Source of the DNA: Camelus dromedarius
Lineage: Eukaryota
NCBI RefSeq assembly: GCF_036321535.1
Contig: NC_087436.1
Span: 38,628,001 to 38,692,000 of the forward strand
Direction: 5' to 3'
Length of the DNA: 64,000 nucleotides
This document shows, piece by piece, positions 13,005 through 26,209 of this stretch. The notes below the pieces were generated by a model, which saw only the letters and a program-made list of their open reading frames with translations, had not been told where the DNA came from and ran no database searches. Numbering within the stretch: the stretch's first letter is position 1; the number at the start of each line of letters is the position of its first letter. A program made the position numbers and the translations under genes.

Positions 13005-13940
13005 CAATCATTCTCAAAATGTGGTCCAAAAACACCTGGGGGTCCCTGAGACTCTTTTAGGTATCCATCGAATCTCCTCTTTCCAGCTACACATTTGTGT
13101 GCAGCCAGATTTTCTTCATATATTTCAATCAAAACAACATATTATAAAAGACTAAATGTATAAGTAGATATGAGAATCCAGTTGCTTTTTTTTTTAAGGC
13201 AGGCATTAAAGAGATCTGCAAAAATAAATCAATGCCAATATTCACTGTTTTTTTGAAAATATAGATACTCTTCATTAAAAATACATCATTTATGGTTGTA
13301 TGTAATGGGTCTATTACTTTTATTTATAAATGAATAAATAAATAGTTTTAATTTCTCAATTTCAATTTCTAATGCAATAAATGTTGATAAATAAAACCGA
13401 TATAAACAAAAGCTCTTTGGGATCCTCATTTTTTTTTTCAATGAAGCAACACATTTATTTCCCTGTCCTCCCTTATTTTTCATGCAGGGGTGATAAGGGT
13501 GGAAGGGATCCCTCTGACTTGGGTTCTGGAAACTCTTAGGAATTCCCAGGGTGAGGTGGAGTTAGGGAGATTACATGACCTCCAGCCTCATTCCTACTCT
13601 GCCCTCTGGGAAATCAGAAGTTCCTTCTGGCCCCCTAATCTTAGCTAGGGCTGCTTCATTTTTTAAATTTCAAGTAGCCTTAAAAAATAGGGAAAGTGGG
13701 GAGGTAGAATCAGAGGGCCACACATTTGGGGAAGGAGTCACTGGGAAAATGCGCAGTACTGAGCATAGTGAAGGGTCCACCTTGGTTCCCTGGGGCTGGT
13801 GAAGGGGCTGTGGAAGAGATTCAAAGATGGAAGGTAACTGGATGGTCCTCCTATTGCCCTCCACAGTCCCCATCTATAAGGCCGCAATAATTTTTAAGTG
13901 TATAAAAATGTCCTCAGTTCAACAAGTTTGACAAATTCTG
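13005..13940 (+). mobile_element. Charlie1-like element nested in the hAT fossil
   Basis: Termini are caatcattctcaaaatgtggtcc and aagtttgacaaattctg. 8-bp flanks atctacat/atctatac. Confidence 0.75.
13429..13878 (-). pseudogene. 5'-truncated processed retrocopy of an mRNA 3' UTR (parent gene not identified)
   Basis: T10 tract at 13429-13438, with the AATAAA complement (tttatt, 13454-13459) 15 nt away. About 450 bp of GC-richer non-repeat sequence interrupts the Charlie1 consensus. Confidence 0.7.
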
Positions 13941-14989
13941 ATCTATACTGAAAAAGTACTTCTGACCTAAATATTTATTAAGATATACATTCTCAATAAA
14001 ATGTTTCTATGTTCAAAAATAATTTATCAAAATTTGTAATATAATTATGTTCCACTAATCAATTGTGTAATAATAATGATTATAATGCAACATAATCCAG
14101 AATGGAAACATTAATGTTTCAAGACTTGTGGCCATGGGAAATTTTTAAATTCAATTTCAATTTAATAGGCATATTTTTTAAAGTAAAGCATAATAGGCTG
14201 ATCAATAAAAAATTCTCAAACAAAAACATGTATTACATTAGGATGAAATAATGTGGGGTAAATGGAATAGAACTATGTATTTTAGGATAAAAGAAACAAT
14301 GTAAAAATTCTGACAGTTAAAAAAGAGCTTATTAAGTTTGAAGACCACTGTGGTACATCACTGTATTTCCAAATTGTGTGTTTATTATTCAGTGAATCAG
14401 AAATATCCTCTAAACCTGCACCCAAAAAGAGAAAGAAGACAGTTTAAGAAGTAGAACAGCACTGACCACTGTTTGCTTCAGACTAGCCAAAAAGGACAAA
14501 AATGTGTTAGAAGGTAAGAATGTAACTCGGAAACATAGAGGACTTAGGACCATAGAGAGTTCCACATGACATAGGAGAACTAGGTCTAAAATGAACTCAA
14601 GTCCAAATAGAGATAAATCACAAAAGTGTTTAGAATCATGCCTGATATAAGGCAAATCCTCATAAATATTAGTCATCCTTATTTAATGTTTTATTACATC
14701 ATTATCAGTGGCCTTAGCCTATCTGGACTGCACCAAAGAATTCTTAGCAACTCTGGAGTTTCCAAAGAACATTTTCAGTCTTCCGTCTTTAAGTGGACTT
14801 CTCTGTGCCACGTGACTGTCCGCCTTCTTGACTCCCATCACGCTCACTCCTGTTTCTATTTTGAAAATCCTGGTCATTATATAATTCTTAGATAATTATA
14901 TTTTCTTTTTCATAAGCTAACTATTCTATCACCCCATTCTTCCATCCTCAGCTCATCACTCTTCTTATCGTGTGCATTCTAAGTGAGGT

Positions 14990-15890
14990 ATCAACAATCC
15001 CTTTGGCTCATTTCTAAGTCTATTTTTCCAGCTTTAACTTGCCCTCAAACCTCTGAACCATACATCCACTAGGATGTAGATCTGGATGCTCCTAATAGAC
15101 AAAATGCATTCACCATTTTGTCCCCCAGAATTTTCTTAACTCCTCTTGACTCTGTTAGCTGGTAACACAGGCGTCTCCACTCACCAAAAGGAAAGATCAG
15201 GCATACATCCATTGTTTCTCCTATTCTCTCAGCACTGTTTCCTCTTAGCATTAAGTCCTTCTCATACTGCTTCTAAAACATTTTAATTTAATTCAATCTC
15301 CTCCTCCTCCCCATTCCTTTCACATCTACTGCTCTTCTTCAGGCCCCACAATCTCTCAGCTGGACTACTTGTAATGGCTTGTTAACTGGTCTCCCAACTG
15401 TAATCTGCCCTCCTCAAATTCACAATCCCTGACTGTGTCCATCTCCCCTAAATATTATTCAGTGGCTTTTTATCCAGCAAATGATCAAGTATAAGCCCTT
15501 TAACATCACACACCAGGACTTCTATTCCCTCTCCTCTGTCTCTTCCAACACATGTGCCATATTTTGCTCCAAAAAGATGAAACTGCATACAGTCCTTTCC
15601 TGGCTTGATCCTTTGCCTGAAATGTTCAGCCCACACTTTTTATCTTAGATAATTCATATTCATCTATGCCAAGAAGCCTTCCCTGAACTCATTCTGGAGG
15701 CTAAGGGTCCTGATGTATACTTCCATATAGTATCTGTACAGTATCTTTATCTATATATCCGCATCTACAGATCTTCCATTAGACTACAATCCCACATGGA
15801 CTTTGTCTTATACAAAGAAAAAATTTTGTCTGTTTATCCCCAGCACATTATCATAGTGCTTCAGCTATAGTCACCAAACAATCAATGTTA
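14990..15890 (+). mobile_element. L2 3' region
   Basis: Contains ctctcagctggactacttgtaatggc, ccaagaagccttccctga, attagactac and tttatccccagcac. Confidence 0.6.
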
Positions 15891-16884
15891 TGTGCAACAC
15901 TACGTGCATTGTTGCAGCAAAGTTAAGTGTGATAATTCTAAAATAATTCAAATCTAGTTATAGATTGTTCAGACACATTAATCTTTTCTATTTCAATTTT
16001 GTAAAGTTTTGATGCTAGTTTCAGGCTCCCTACACAGAAAGACTGAATTGATTAGAGGTTTAACACATGTCATGCTCTCTCTCATCTCCATGACTTTACC
16101 CATGCTGCTATCACCTTCACACTCTTCTTCACCAGCTTAACCCATACATCTTCAGCCTCAGCTCATTGTATGTCTAAGGAAAGACATCACAACAGTCAAG
16201 TGCAAAAGGCATTTCACAGACAGCATGTATACTTCGATTCTGTCTCAAGATACATTTGTCTCTGTGTATATTTAATCCAAACATATACTTCTTATACACA
16301 CATATCCAAGAAGGGTACATTATCTACCTCTGGGGAGTGGGATGGAAGAAGGATTGGTTCAGGGAATTTTTATTTCACTTTCTGAATATTTGGGAGAGTT
16401 CCCAATTCACTTCTGGGAGGTCTGACTGGGCCTGCCCAGACTGGGTTAGGTGCCCCTCCTTTCTGCTTCACAGCATTCTGGACAAACTCTGCAGCACAGC
16501 AGTATCCCAACAAATTCTTATAGTATGTTACTTGAGTATCTGTCCCATTATATATAAGCTTCTTAAAGTGAAATTTATTTCTGCACTCCCAATCAAATAC
16601 AGTATCTGACATATAATAGAAATTGCCTTTCTGTTCTAGAAGTTCAACAAATTTCAACAAATATGAACAACTGAATTGAACTCCCCACGACTGTTAGTCC
16701 TGGTGCTTTGTTCCAGGAAAGGAAGTGGTCAGTTTCATAAAACAAAAAAAAGGGCTCAAAGCTCTGAAATTTAGTTTTTAGTTACATCCCAAAATGAAAA
16801 AATTGTCTATATTCAGTTAAACTTGCAAACAGCTTTCCAAAATTCAAAAGACTTGCTCTTATATCTTTGTCAAAAATACACCAA

Positions 16885-17368
16885 CCCATTGAAAACAGAT
16901 AATCAAACAATTACTTGTACATGAATGTTCATAGCAGCATATTCACAATAGCCAAAAGGTGGACAAAACCCAAATGTGAATGTATGGATAAACAAATTGT
17001 GGTATGTACATACAATGGGATGTTATTCAGCTATGACAAGGAATGAAGTACTGATACATGGTACAACTTGGATGGACCTCAAAATATTATTCTAAGTGGA
17101 AGAAGCCAGATACAGAATATCGCATATTGTATTACTCCATTTAAATGAAATATCTAAAATAGGTAAACCCATAAAAACAGAAAGCAGACTGGCAGTCACC
17201 AGAATATGGGGCAGGAAGGGAAACAAAAAGTATGCATGATAAAATTGTTTTAGAACTAGAGAGAGGTCATGGTTGCACAACATTGTGAATGTACTAAATG
17301 CCACTAAATTGTTCATTTTAACAAGGTTAAATATTTGTTACATAATTTTCTCTTCAGTGAAAAAAAAA
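16885..17368 (+). mobile_element. L1MB-like 3' end
   Basis: Runs from atgttcatagcagcatattcacaatagccaaaaggtgg to gcacaacattgtgaatgtactaaatgccact, followed by an A-tail. Confidence 0.85.
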
Positions 17369-18189
17369 TGTCACCTGCTTATGACTTAGAAGTAAGACAG
17401 AAGTAGTTACATAGAGTTAATTTTATAAGTCTTTCCCATCATAAACCAAGTATTCAAAGGGAGGGAAGTTGACATGTGATAAAAGTCTTATTCACTAATG
17501 GAAAGCTAAATTTCCATGAGCATATTCTTATTCTTTCAAGTTTTAAAGTTTGAGGGAGATGACAGAAAAGAACAGAACTACTGGGAGAAAAGCAATTAAT
17601 TTTTGGTATGCCCTGACTATAAAAACAGCTTAGACAAATTTGCAGGGTTCATTTTTCCACAGTTCTTAAATTTGTTTTTAAAAGCTAAACATAGCTGAGC
17701 TCTTTCTGATAACAAGCAGAATTAATTCTTTTGTCATTATTAAATAATCTATCTCTATATATGCTATAAACTTGAAACTGTAAAAATAGATGACTCAAGA
17801 ATATGAAACTTAAGATTCTATGAGAATGATGTAACCACATTTATTTAGATTCAGCTATTAATGTTATCCCAGATGGCACTGCCTTTGCTGTCATTTTCAT
17901 GAGAAAGTAGAAATGATTTTTCCATATGGAAAATGTTAAGGATTTTTAGCACAAAATAACATACATATTTTGTTAAGAATACTAAATTACCATTTAGTAA
18001 TTCCATCTTAATGACATGGAATAGTAAATGTGATTCCTTATATGCTTAACTTCTGGTGAAAATTACTTAGGTTTAATAGACAGCTGCACAGAAATGCACA
18101 CTGCACAGTAAGCTGATATTAAAATGTATGATATCATTTTTAGAAATATTATTATATCCCAAGGAAAATGGTCTAACTTATGGTTTCAG

Positions 18190-19480
18190 TTAAACCCAGC
18201 TCAACAAATACTGACCCTCTATTATATGCTGAACATTGTAAAAGGGGAGAGAAAGATGATAAAAACAGAGTTACTACCTTTAAGAAACTCACAATCTGGT
18301 AAGAATCACAGAATCCAAACAAGTTGTAACTAGATAGCCTTACGCATAATAAAGAATGACCACATTACCAAAGTGGTACAAGGAAAGCAGTAATGAGCTC
18401 CGTCTGGAGAAACTGGAAAGAATAGTACATGAATTGGCCTTACTAGGATGAACAGGAGTTCAATAGGTGAATAAGGTGGGGAAAGATGTTTCAGATGGCC
18501 TAGGCCATTTTCAGAGAACAACCATTTAATACTGAAGGAAGAGAAAGAAGAGGAGGGTGTGGAAAGAAAAAGAAGAAAAAAGGGGGAGAGAAAAGAGGAT
18601 GAAAAAAAGGAGAACGAAAGGAAGAAGTTAAGAAGTAAGAAGAAGCAGGAAATGAGGCTGGAGAAACAAGCTGGGACTAGATTAGAAAAGGCATTGTTGA
18701 GCTTGAACTGCCTCTTCCGAGCATCTGGGGTATGATATGGTCTGACTAAAATTGGAAAGCTCACTCTGGTAACAATATTGGAAAACAATTGCAGGGGCAA
18801 GTCTAAAATTAGGAAGATCAAATAACAAGCTACTGTTACAGTTCAGGCTAGAGATGAATAGTGCTTGAACTAACATAAGGCCATTGGTGATGCTGTAGAG
18901 ATGACAGACTTGAGATACAACATGAGTGGCCACTTGGGTACTGAAGGTGAGAGAACAGAGGAAGCACCAGATAGCTTAGAGCTTCCTGGACTTTGGACAG
19001 GGGTAGTGGCATATCCTTAAAGCAGACAGGGAAAAGAAAAGTGGAATAGTTTCACAGTGGAGAAAGGGGAGCCACATTGCTCAGTTCCACGTATGCTGAC
19101 TAAGGGACTTATTAGACCTCCAGCAGAAGATACATATTTAGGGTTATTCATTTTTTAATGATAATTTAAGGCTCAGAGCTGGACAACAATATCCAGGGAA
19201 AGAAAATAATGAGACGAGGACTAATAACCCTGGAGAAAATCAAACTTAATCATAATTCAAGTAAGGGCTGCTCCAAAAAAAATGTTACAGAAAGAGTAGA
19301 AAATACAGAATAGCATGATGTCACGGAACTCACAGGAGGAAATACTTTCAAAGAGGGACTAATCAACACTGTCAAATGCCAGAGAAAAACTGAGTAAAAT
19401 AGAGACCAAAAAAATGTACACTGGATTTGGCAATTATGAGGTAAAAAGTAATACAGTGGTAAGCTCAGCAGAATAATGAA
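18190..19480 (-). mobile_element. Degenerate L2 containing a purine-rich tract (18535-18650)
   Basis: Complement of L2 3' text (caacaaatactgaccctctattatatgc, ttggaaagctcactctgg, actgtcaaatgccagagaaaa). Confidence 0.55.
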
Positions 19481-19974
19481 GTTGAAATTCAGATAGTAAA
19501 TTAAGGTTGTCCTTAATTTGCCATCTGAAACAAAAATATTTCATTTTATCTATTTATTATTTTATTTATTTTATCAAATTTAAATGTTTTATTCTATAAA
19601 GGCATTCTATCAGTAAGATGGTAGAGAAGGTCAGAAATAAAAGAGGCATTAGGCAGGAAAGAAAAGTTTCAAAGAGTGTTTTAGGCTTCTTTTTAATGTT
19701 TTTAATGTCAGTTTAGTCTTCTTTTTTTTTTTAAGAAAACAGAATCATAGGCATATTGGCCTCTAAAGTTTTCCTAGTAGCAGGACAACGCACTGGTGAA
19801 AATTTTGAAGTCATCTGAGACAGAAACTAAAATTTTTTAGGAAATCCTCTGCAACAGAAAAACAGGCACATGAAAGCAGGGCACCGTGAAAACTTCACAT
19901 ACTGGCATGAACAGCAAATTAATGCCTTTCAGAGGTGCTGCATATCAAGAAGTTGTTGATACTGTAGAGGTAAT

Positions 19975-20180
19975 AACACGGTGGTTAAGAATGGCTCAGG
20001 AATCATCTGTCCAGGTTCAAAGCCTAGCTCTATCACCTTCTCTCTCTGACCTTGCCCAAGTTACTGGTGACCTTACCCAAGTCAATTACATTGTCTTCAG
20101 TCACAGTTTTCTCATCTGTAAAGTGGAGACAATAACTCTATCTACTTAATAAAGTTCTGCCAGGAGTAAATGAGATAACG
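19975..20180 (+). mobile_element. MIR SINE
   Basis: Contains gtggttaaga...ggttcaaagcctagctct...cacagttttctcatctgtaaagtggagacaataa. Confidence 0.75.
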
Positions 20181-20269
20181 TTTCTCTGGCTTTAAGTGAT
20201 AAAAATGATGCAGATTTGGTATGTTTTGCTAGATGATGATGATGTTGATTATACACAGTTTTTACAATC

Positions 20270-20590
20270 TCATTTAAAGCCATAAAACTGGATGAGACTA
20301 TGAAGGCAATGAGTGTAGACAGAAAAAAGAAGAGGTCTAAAGATTACTCCAGGGCTATAAGATATTAGGATCTTGAAGAAGAACCAGCAAAGGAGACTAA
20401 ACTGGAGCAGCCAGTGAAGTAGGAGGAAAACTAGGAGAGCAGAGTCATGGAAGCAAAGGGAAGAAATTGTTTCAAGGAGTAGATGGATGATCAATTGAGT
20501 CAAATGATACTAATAAGTCAAAATGAGGACTGAGAATTGATCACTAGATTTAGCAAAGTGAAAATCTTTGGTGACCTCAACAAGTGAGGG
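20270..20590 (-). mobile_element. L2 fragment
   Basis: Contains tttaaagccataaaactggatgaga...gaaccagcaaaggagact...gaggactgagaattgatcactagatttagcaa. Confidence 0.7.
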
Positions 20591-20639
20591 TTGGTGGACC
20601 TTTCTGTGCTTTGTTAACATGTGTGGTTAACATGTGTGT

Positions 20640-21086
20640 GGCCTTGATCTCTTATGCGCAAGTCACTGACTAGGCTAGATTTCTGTCTATTACAGCACAG
20701 AATCCAAATAGGGACAATGAAATGTGGTTGATGCTTGCTGGGGTTTCTTGAAACGAAGTTTACATGCTCTTCTCAGAAAGCTAATGGAGAGATACATTTT
20801 TCTCACAGAGATGTGACTGAGAAAATGAGTATCAGTGGAAATTATTGGCAGACGTCTTACAATCTTGAGAGGAAACCATTTTGCCACAGAAGAACAGAAG
20901 TTAGGCAGAAAACCAGTCACTAATGACATAACTGAACTACTAGTTATCTGACTTTCAATGTACCTCTACTTATCCTCCCCAAAGTCTGTAAGGCTGAAGA
21001 CAGTTATAATAGCAAATAAATTCCATTTTTTTTATAAGCCATATTTGATTTTCTGTTACTTGCAGAACAAATATTCCTAACTAACA
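20640..21086 (+). mobile_element. Old MaLR LTR (MLT1-type)
   Basis: Ends ttataagccatatttgattttctgttacttgcagaacaaatattcctaactaaca, a typical MLT1 3' end. Confidence 0.55.
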
Positions 21087-22319
21087 GAGCATTTTATCAA
21101 GGATCAAATTACATGAGCTGGGTCAAGGGAAGGGCAGTGGTTATTGGAAGTTTTTTGGACAGTCAATGAAAATAACTTCTACCACAATCTATATATTAGA
21201 CATGACCAAATCCTGCTCTTCTTCATTTCTGTTTACTTCTCCATTTTAAAGACATTCTAATGGTTTACAAAATTAATTCATTTTTTTAAAGACTGGAATC
21301 CTGTTCTGAGAGGATTTGGGGAAGACAGTGATCAAATCTGAATGTCTTATTTCCATCTATTCCTATGTTGAATCTATTTGCCTATTTTGAGCCAAGGAGC
21401 AGTTGGTGGTGGTGAGCCATTGAGTGTAAGATACTGAGTTCTGAAAAAGCCCTGACAGAGGAAATAATGTGGGACCATTTCCAATATGGGGCAAGCATGA
21501 GTCTTGCCCCAAACCAAACTCTGAGACCCTCAAGATGAAGTTCACGCTTGGTGAATACTGGGGAAAGCTTCAAAGTTCTGTGCACCCCAAGCATCTAGGG
21601 TTGATTTAGTCTCTTGTTGGGTTTCTTAGTATGACTGACATTTACGAAATCCAAGGAGTAGGCTGGAGCTTCCCTATTTCTGAGGGCAGGGAAGTGTGAA
21701 AAGAAAAGAGGAGCAGGAAGATTCTCTCTGCTGTTTACATGGAGCCTGGCTATCTACCTGATGCACAATTCTCCAGGGAGTTAGACACAGAATTCTTTGC
21801 TTATTACTAACGAAACCACTGACACTCCAAGATCTGCACCGAGCTCCACACCAAAAAAAAATATAACCTGTTACGATGACAACGTGAAAGAGAAAGATCA
21901 AAGAATATAGGTACTCAGTTAAATAGAGATTCTGGGGAGACTTATGACAAGTTGAACAAAAAAAAATTGAAGAGTTTTTAATACAGCACACACACGTATG
22001 ATCTAAATATATATTTAAATCTAAATAGATAATGGGAGACTGTGAATTTGTCTTTAAAAGTACTAAATAAGAATTCTTGAGATGAAAGTCTAATGAGTTT
22101 AGAATAAAAGTATTTAACTTTTAACCTAGAAGTTAGGGACAGTGGCAAGGTGGGATTGGGGCGAAGAGACTGGGGAATAAAAATGTTCCAAACTTCTCAT
22201 GTGATGGGCTACAGAGGAGAAGATAAGCATGTGAAAGCAAGCTAACAGGCTCATCTTATTGGAGTGAGAGGAAAGATAAGGAGGAGGAGCAGAATGCTTT
22301 GGTAGGAAAAAGGTTGGTA

Positions 22320-22416
22320 TCTCCTTTCACAATGTGTACATATATCAAATCAACACATCGTACACTTGAAATATATTACAACTTTGTCAATTATACATAA
22401 ATAAAGCTGAAAAAAA
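22320..22416 (+). mobile_element. Short L1 3'-terminal fragment
   Basis: tttcacaatgtgtacatatatcaaatc...tgtcaattatacataaataaagctg followed by an A-tail. Confidence 0.75.
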
Positions 22417-22739
22417 GAGAGAAAGCAGAGAGGAGAGAGAAAGAAAGAAAATGAGAGTCTAGTTAAGTATTAATTTCTTTATTTTGCTGTACCTTTTGGA
22501 ATTCTGTGTTCTGTGAGTCAATATAGTTCCTCTGTGTTTAAGTTTGGGGAAAAAAATCCCCAAACCTAGGTATCTTGTTTTTAAACAGTAGCAGAGAAAC
22601 ATGTATCTGACGTTGAGCATCAGAAGACGGGTGCTTAAAGTCAGAGTGAAGGGGAATAGAATGAATAGTAACTTGAACAAACCAGGGATATAAGAATAAA
22701 CTGCAAATAATAACGTAAAATAAGAGAAAAAATAAGAAA

Positions 22740-23200
22740 AAATTAGTATGTTCAATGTCAATGGACCACACATTTCTATTAAAAGAGTTAGTCATATTGA
22801 ATTAAAAAAGAAGAAAGTGTAAGTAAAAATTATTTAAAATAAAATAATTTAAAAACTGAAGATAGATGGGCAAGAAAATACCAGGCAAATGCAAGCAAAA
22901 AGAAAAAAGGAACAGCAATATTAATATCAATACAGAACTTAAGGTATCCTCTTAAACTTGATAAGCAGAGGAAAAACTAAACTAGGAAAGAAGGGAAGTC
23001 ATATCATGACAAAAGGTACAATGCACCAATCAACAAAGGTGCTAACTACATAAAGCAAAAACCATTATGATGGAAGGAGAACTTGATTAAAAATACATTC
23101 ATAGTAGAAAATTTTAATATATCTCTTTTCGAATCAGATAAAGACCTAGTAGCAAAAAAAAAAGGGGGGGGGGAAGAAACTGATTATTATAACCAACAAT
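22740..23200 (+). mobile_element. Old L1 ORF2 endonuclease-domain fossil
   Basis: Degenerate codons for FNVNG, KIYQANA-like, AILIS, HIMTKG and IVENFN occur in the order of the L1 endonuclease motifs. Confidence 0.65.
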
Positions 23201-23327
23201 GAAAACATATACCTTATACAACTCAAATGGAGAATCTAACATCCCTCTACATTCAACCTCAATATAACCTCATTAGTAGGAGAAATGAGCATGTAGAAAT
23301 GACCTGGCACCTCTCCCTGGCAGCCTA

Positions 23328-23515
23328 AGGCAAAAGGGAGGGAAGGTACAGAGAAAGAAACAGATAGGAGGGGGAGGAGAAGGAGGAGGAGGACAAGGAG
23401 GGAGGAAGAGAAAGAAGAAAAGAGAGGGAAGAGGATGAAGAACTACAAGAAGATGGAGAAGGAGGGTAGGGGTGAGATAATGAGAGGGAGGGAGGTGGGA
23501 GGAGGAGAAAGACAG
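23328..23515. repeat. Purine-rich (GA) low-complexity tract
   Basis: Almost entirely G and A on the + strand (ggaggagaaggaggaggagg...). Confidence 0.85.
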
Positions 23516-24714
23516 ATATCATGAGTTAAAATTCTGTCTCTTCCTCTCTACAACCTCTGTGTAATGAACAGTGAGGCACAATGGAATGTGTTTTTAGAGT
23601 AGTGTTTTAGAAGGTAATGATATTTAACACTGAGACAAATTTTTCTCCCTATTTATCACATGAAAAACAAAGAAAACATTGAAGTAATATACACAATGAT
23701 ACTTTATTTAGATTTTTTGATTCTGCACAGTCATTAAATTCTTTTCCTGGAAAAGCTATTATTAACAGAGCTAATTGTAGTTCAGCACAACAGCTCTTAA
23801 TGGCTTGTCATGTTTAGAAGGGTGTTTTTCAGTAAGCTTCCGAAAGCCCCAATTAAACGAAAAAGACCAGACTCTAATTGCTTCTTTCATAAATGCTTAA
23901 AGTACAAAAGATGCTTGATGAAGTCATACTATCAAATGATCAAAATGGATTTTTTTCCAATCAAACAAATGTGGTTTAAACAACCATAAATCCTAAAACA
24001 TTAAATAGGCTAAAATATTTTACTATATCTAAGAACACTATTAGTGCTTTCATCAAGTTAGCTAAATTCCTTTTTCCTTTCTCATCAAAAAAATAATAAT
24101 TAGTTTTAAGTATTATACTATTTAAATTCTATTGTGCTTAAATTATTCACTTTTTCAAAAATTTTATTGTGAAACTTTTCAAATATTTTAAGTTGAAGGA
24201 ATTTTACAGTGAAGACATATACTTACCATGTAGATTCTATCAATAATATATTACCATCTTGTTTTATTACATGTCTATGCATCCCTCTATTCACCCGTTA
24301 ATCTATCTTATTTTTTTTAATACACTTTGAAGTAAATCAAAACATCGGTCTACCTTCTCTAGCACTACAGCAAACATTAGTGATTTGTTTTCTGACGTGG
24401 ACAAGACACATTATCTCCCTCCATTGCAGTAAACAGTAAGATGCAGGGCACATATATGTGATGTAAGAGCTAGATTCCTGGATATGCAACTTTCTGCCCA
24501 TGTCTAGAAAATACAGAGACAAAGCTAAAGTAACATCTTGAAGTTCTCTAGAAAAATGTAAGCCAAATTCTGATTTGTCAATAGGGAAAAATGTTTAAAC
24601 ATTGTTACTTATTCAAGCAATTAGAAAAGTATAAAGAAGCAGCAAATAGCACCTAAAACCTATCATTACCAATATTTTGCTGATTGTTCTATCCCAAACA
24701 TCTCCAGTCATTGC

Positions 24715-25312
24715 ATTCATTCCTTCATTCCGCAAATCATTTGTGCCTACTGTGTGCCATATGACTCACAGTCTATGTCGTCAAGTTTTTTTTTAATTCT
24801 AGGCACATGTCTGGTACCAGTAGGAGTTCTGAAGAAAAATTTTAAAAGAGTACTAGTGTTAGAGAGTAAAGATGTTATTTTAGAGGGGGTCATCAGGAAA
24901 ATCCTTTCTGATGTGGTAACATTTGAGCAGAGGTGTGGAGGTGAGAATAAGAAGATGGGGACATCTGGGCAGAGTGGTCAGCAAGAACTAAAGGTGTGAA
25001 GTGAGATGGCATTCAGGATGTCTAAGAAAACAGCGAGGATCAGTGTGGCTGGAGGGTCCTGAGGGATGGGGAGGGTAGCATGACATGATGTTGGAAAAGC
25101 TACCAGGCCTAGATTCTACTCTGAGTGCATTCATTGGAAAGCCTCGGGACAGTATTGATCAGAACTGACTTAACTTTTCAAAGACCCACTCCAGCTGCTG
25201 CTTGGGGGATGGACTGTAAGAAGGCAAGTGTGGAACAGGGAAAACAGAAGACACCAGCTGGAATCAAGGTGAGAGGTGATGGTGCTTGAACTACAGTGGG
25301 GGCAGTGGAAGC
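24715..25312 (-). mobile_element. L2 3' end
   Basis: Runs cattcattccttcattc...gtgcctactgtgtgcca...ggtaacatttgagcagag...gagaggtgatggtgcttgaacta. Confidence 0.7.
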
Positions 25313-26209
25313 AGTATATACTATATAGTATTTATTATACATATAGTATACATAAACATGCATAGCCACATACTTATATCATTTCACAGAAAAGGCATCA
25401 TATTTATGCATTAGGTGGTGTTCAAATTTTTCTTATTTACTCATTTTTCTTCTGTTTATCCCCCATTACCTGATCTCTAGCCCATACCCCTCTGCTCCTT
25501 CCTTCTAGTAACTAACATAAGAAGCCAGCTAGATATGCAACCTTTCAAATTTATCTGTATTTTCGCAAATCACACATGAAGGACTTTTCTATAATGCCTT
25601 GCTTTACAAAAACTGAATCATATTATTTTACTTTGCTGTGTGAACTTCCAATACTTCTGCTAACTTTTCTATTTGGTTGTCTTCTTTCTTACTTTGAAGG
25701 CACATTATATATATTGGCTCTTTCTGTGCCATGTGTTACAAACGTTCTTTCTTGATTTATCACACATATACCTACTTTATGGTTTATGGTGTTTTGCCAC
25801 ACTTTAACAATATTTTGCATAATCAATTTCTATTGTCTTATAGTTTCTAGGTTTCCTGTCTTTCTTTAAATCATCTCACCTTAGCCATACATGTATTCCA
25901 AATTTTCTTCTAAAATTTACTTCTTGGTTTTGGCTGATTAAAGAGTGAAACACAAGTCCAGTCAACATCTGATTTAATTCTTTATACAAACTATCCATTT
26001 TGAGTACCAGAAATCTTATTTTTCACTTGTTTGGTTTTACTTCTTTTTTAATCATGCCACTCAGACTGCCATTGGCAAAGTCAGCAATTTTTATGCCAGA
26101 AAAATGTTGATCTCTCCTGTATTATGGTTATCTCTGTGTGTGTCTTGTTTCCTCTACTGGAATGTAAGTCCCTTGAGGACAGATTCTTGCCATTTATCTT
26201 TATGACCCA

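Larger units (their letters stand above)
12380..14350 (+). mobile_element. hAT-Charlie/Buster transposase fossil (3' part), interrupted by nested insertions
   Basis: Translations DIFHELNELELQLLQG (12472), FPTLSE (12641) and FPFSPT/LCEQG (12946-12980, one frameshift) match Buster-type transposase C-terminal motifs. The terminus aagtttgaagaccactg ends at 14350. Confidence 0.75.

Noticed and set aside
18330..18821. 163-aa hydrophobic minus-strand ORF
   Set aside because: It arises from the complement of a purine-rich tract inside an L2 fossil.
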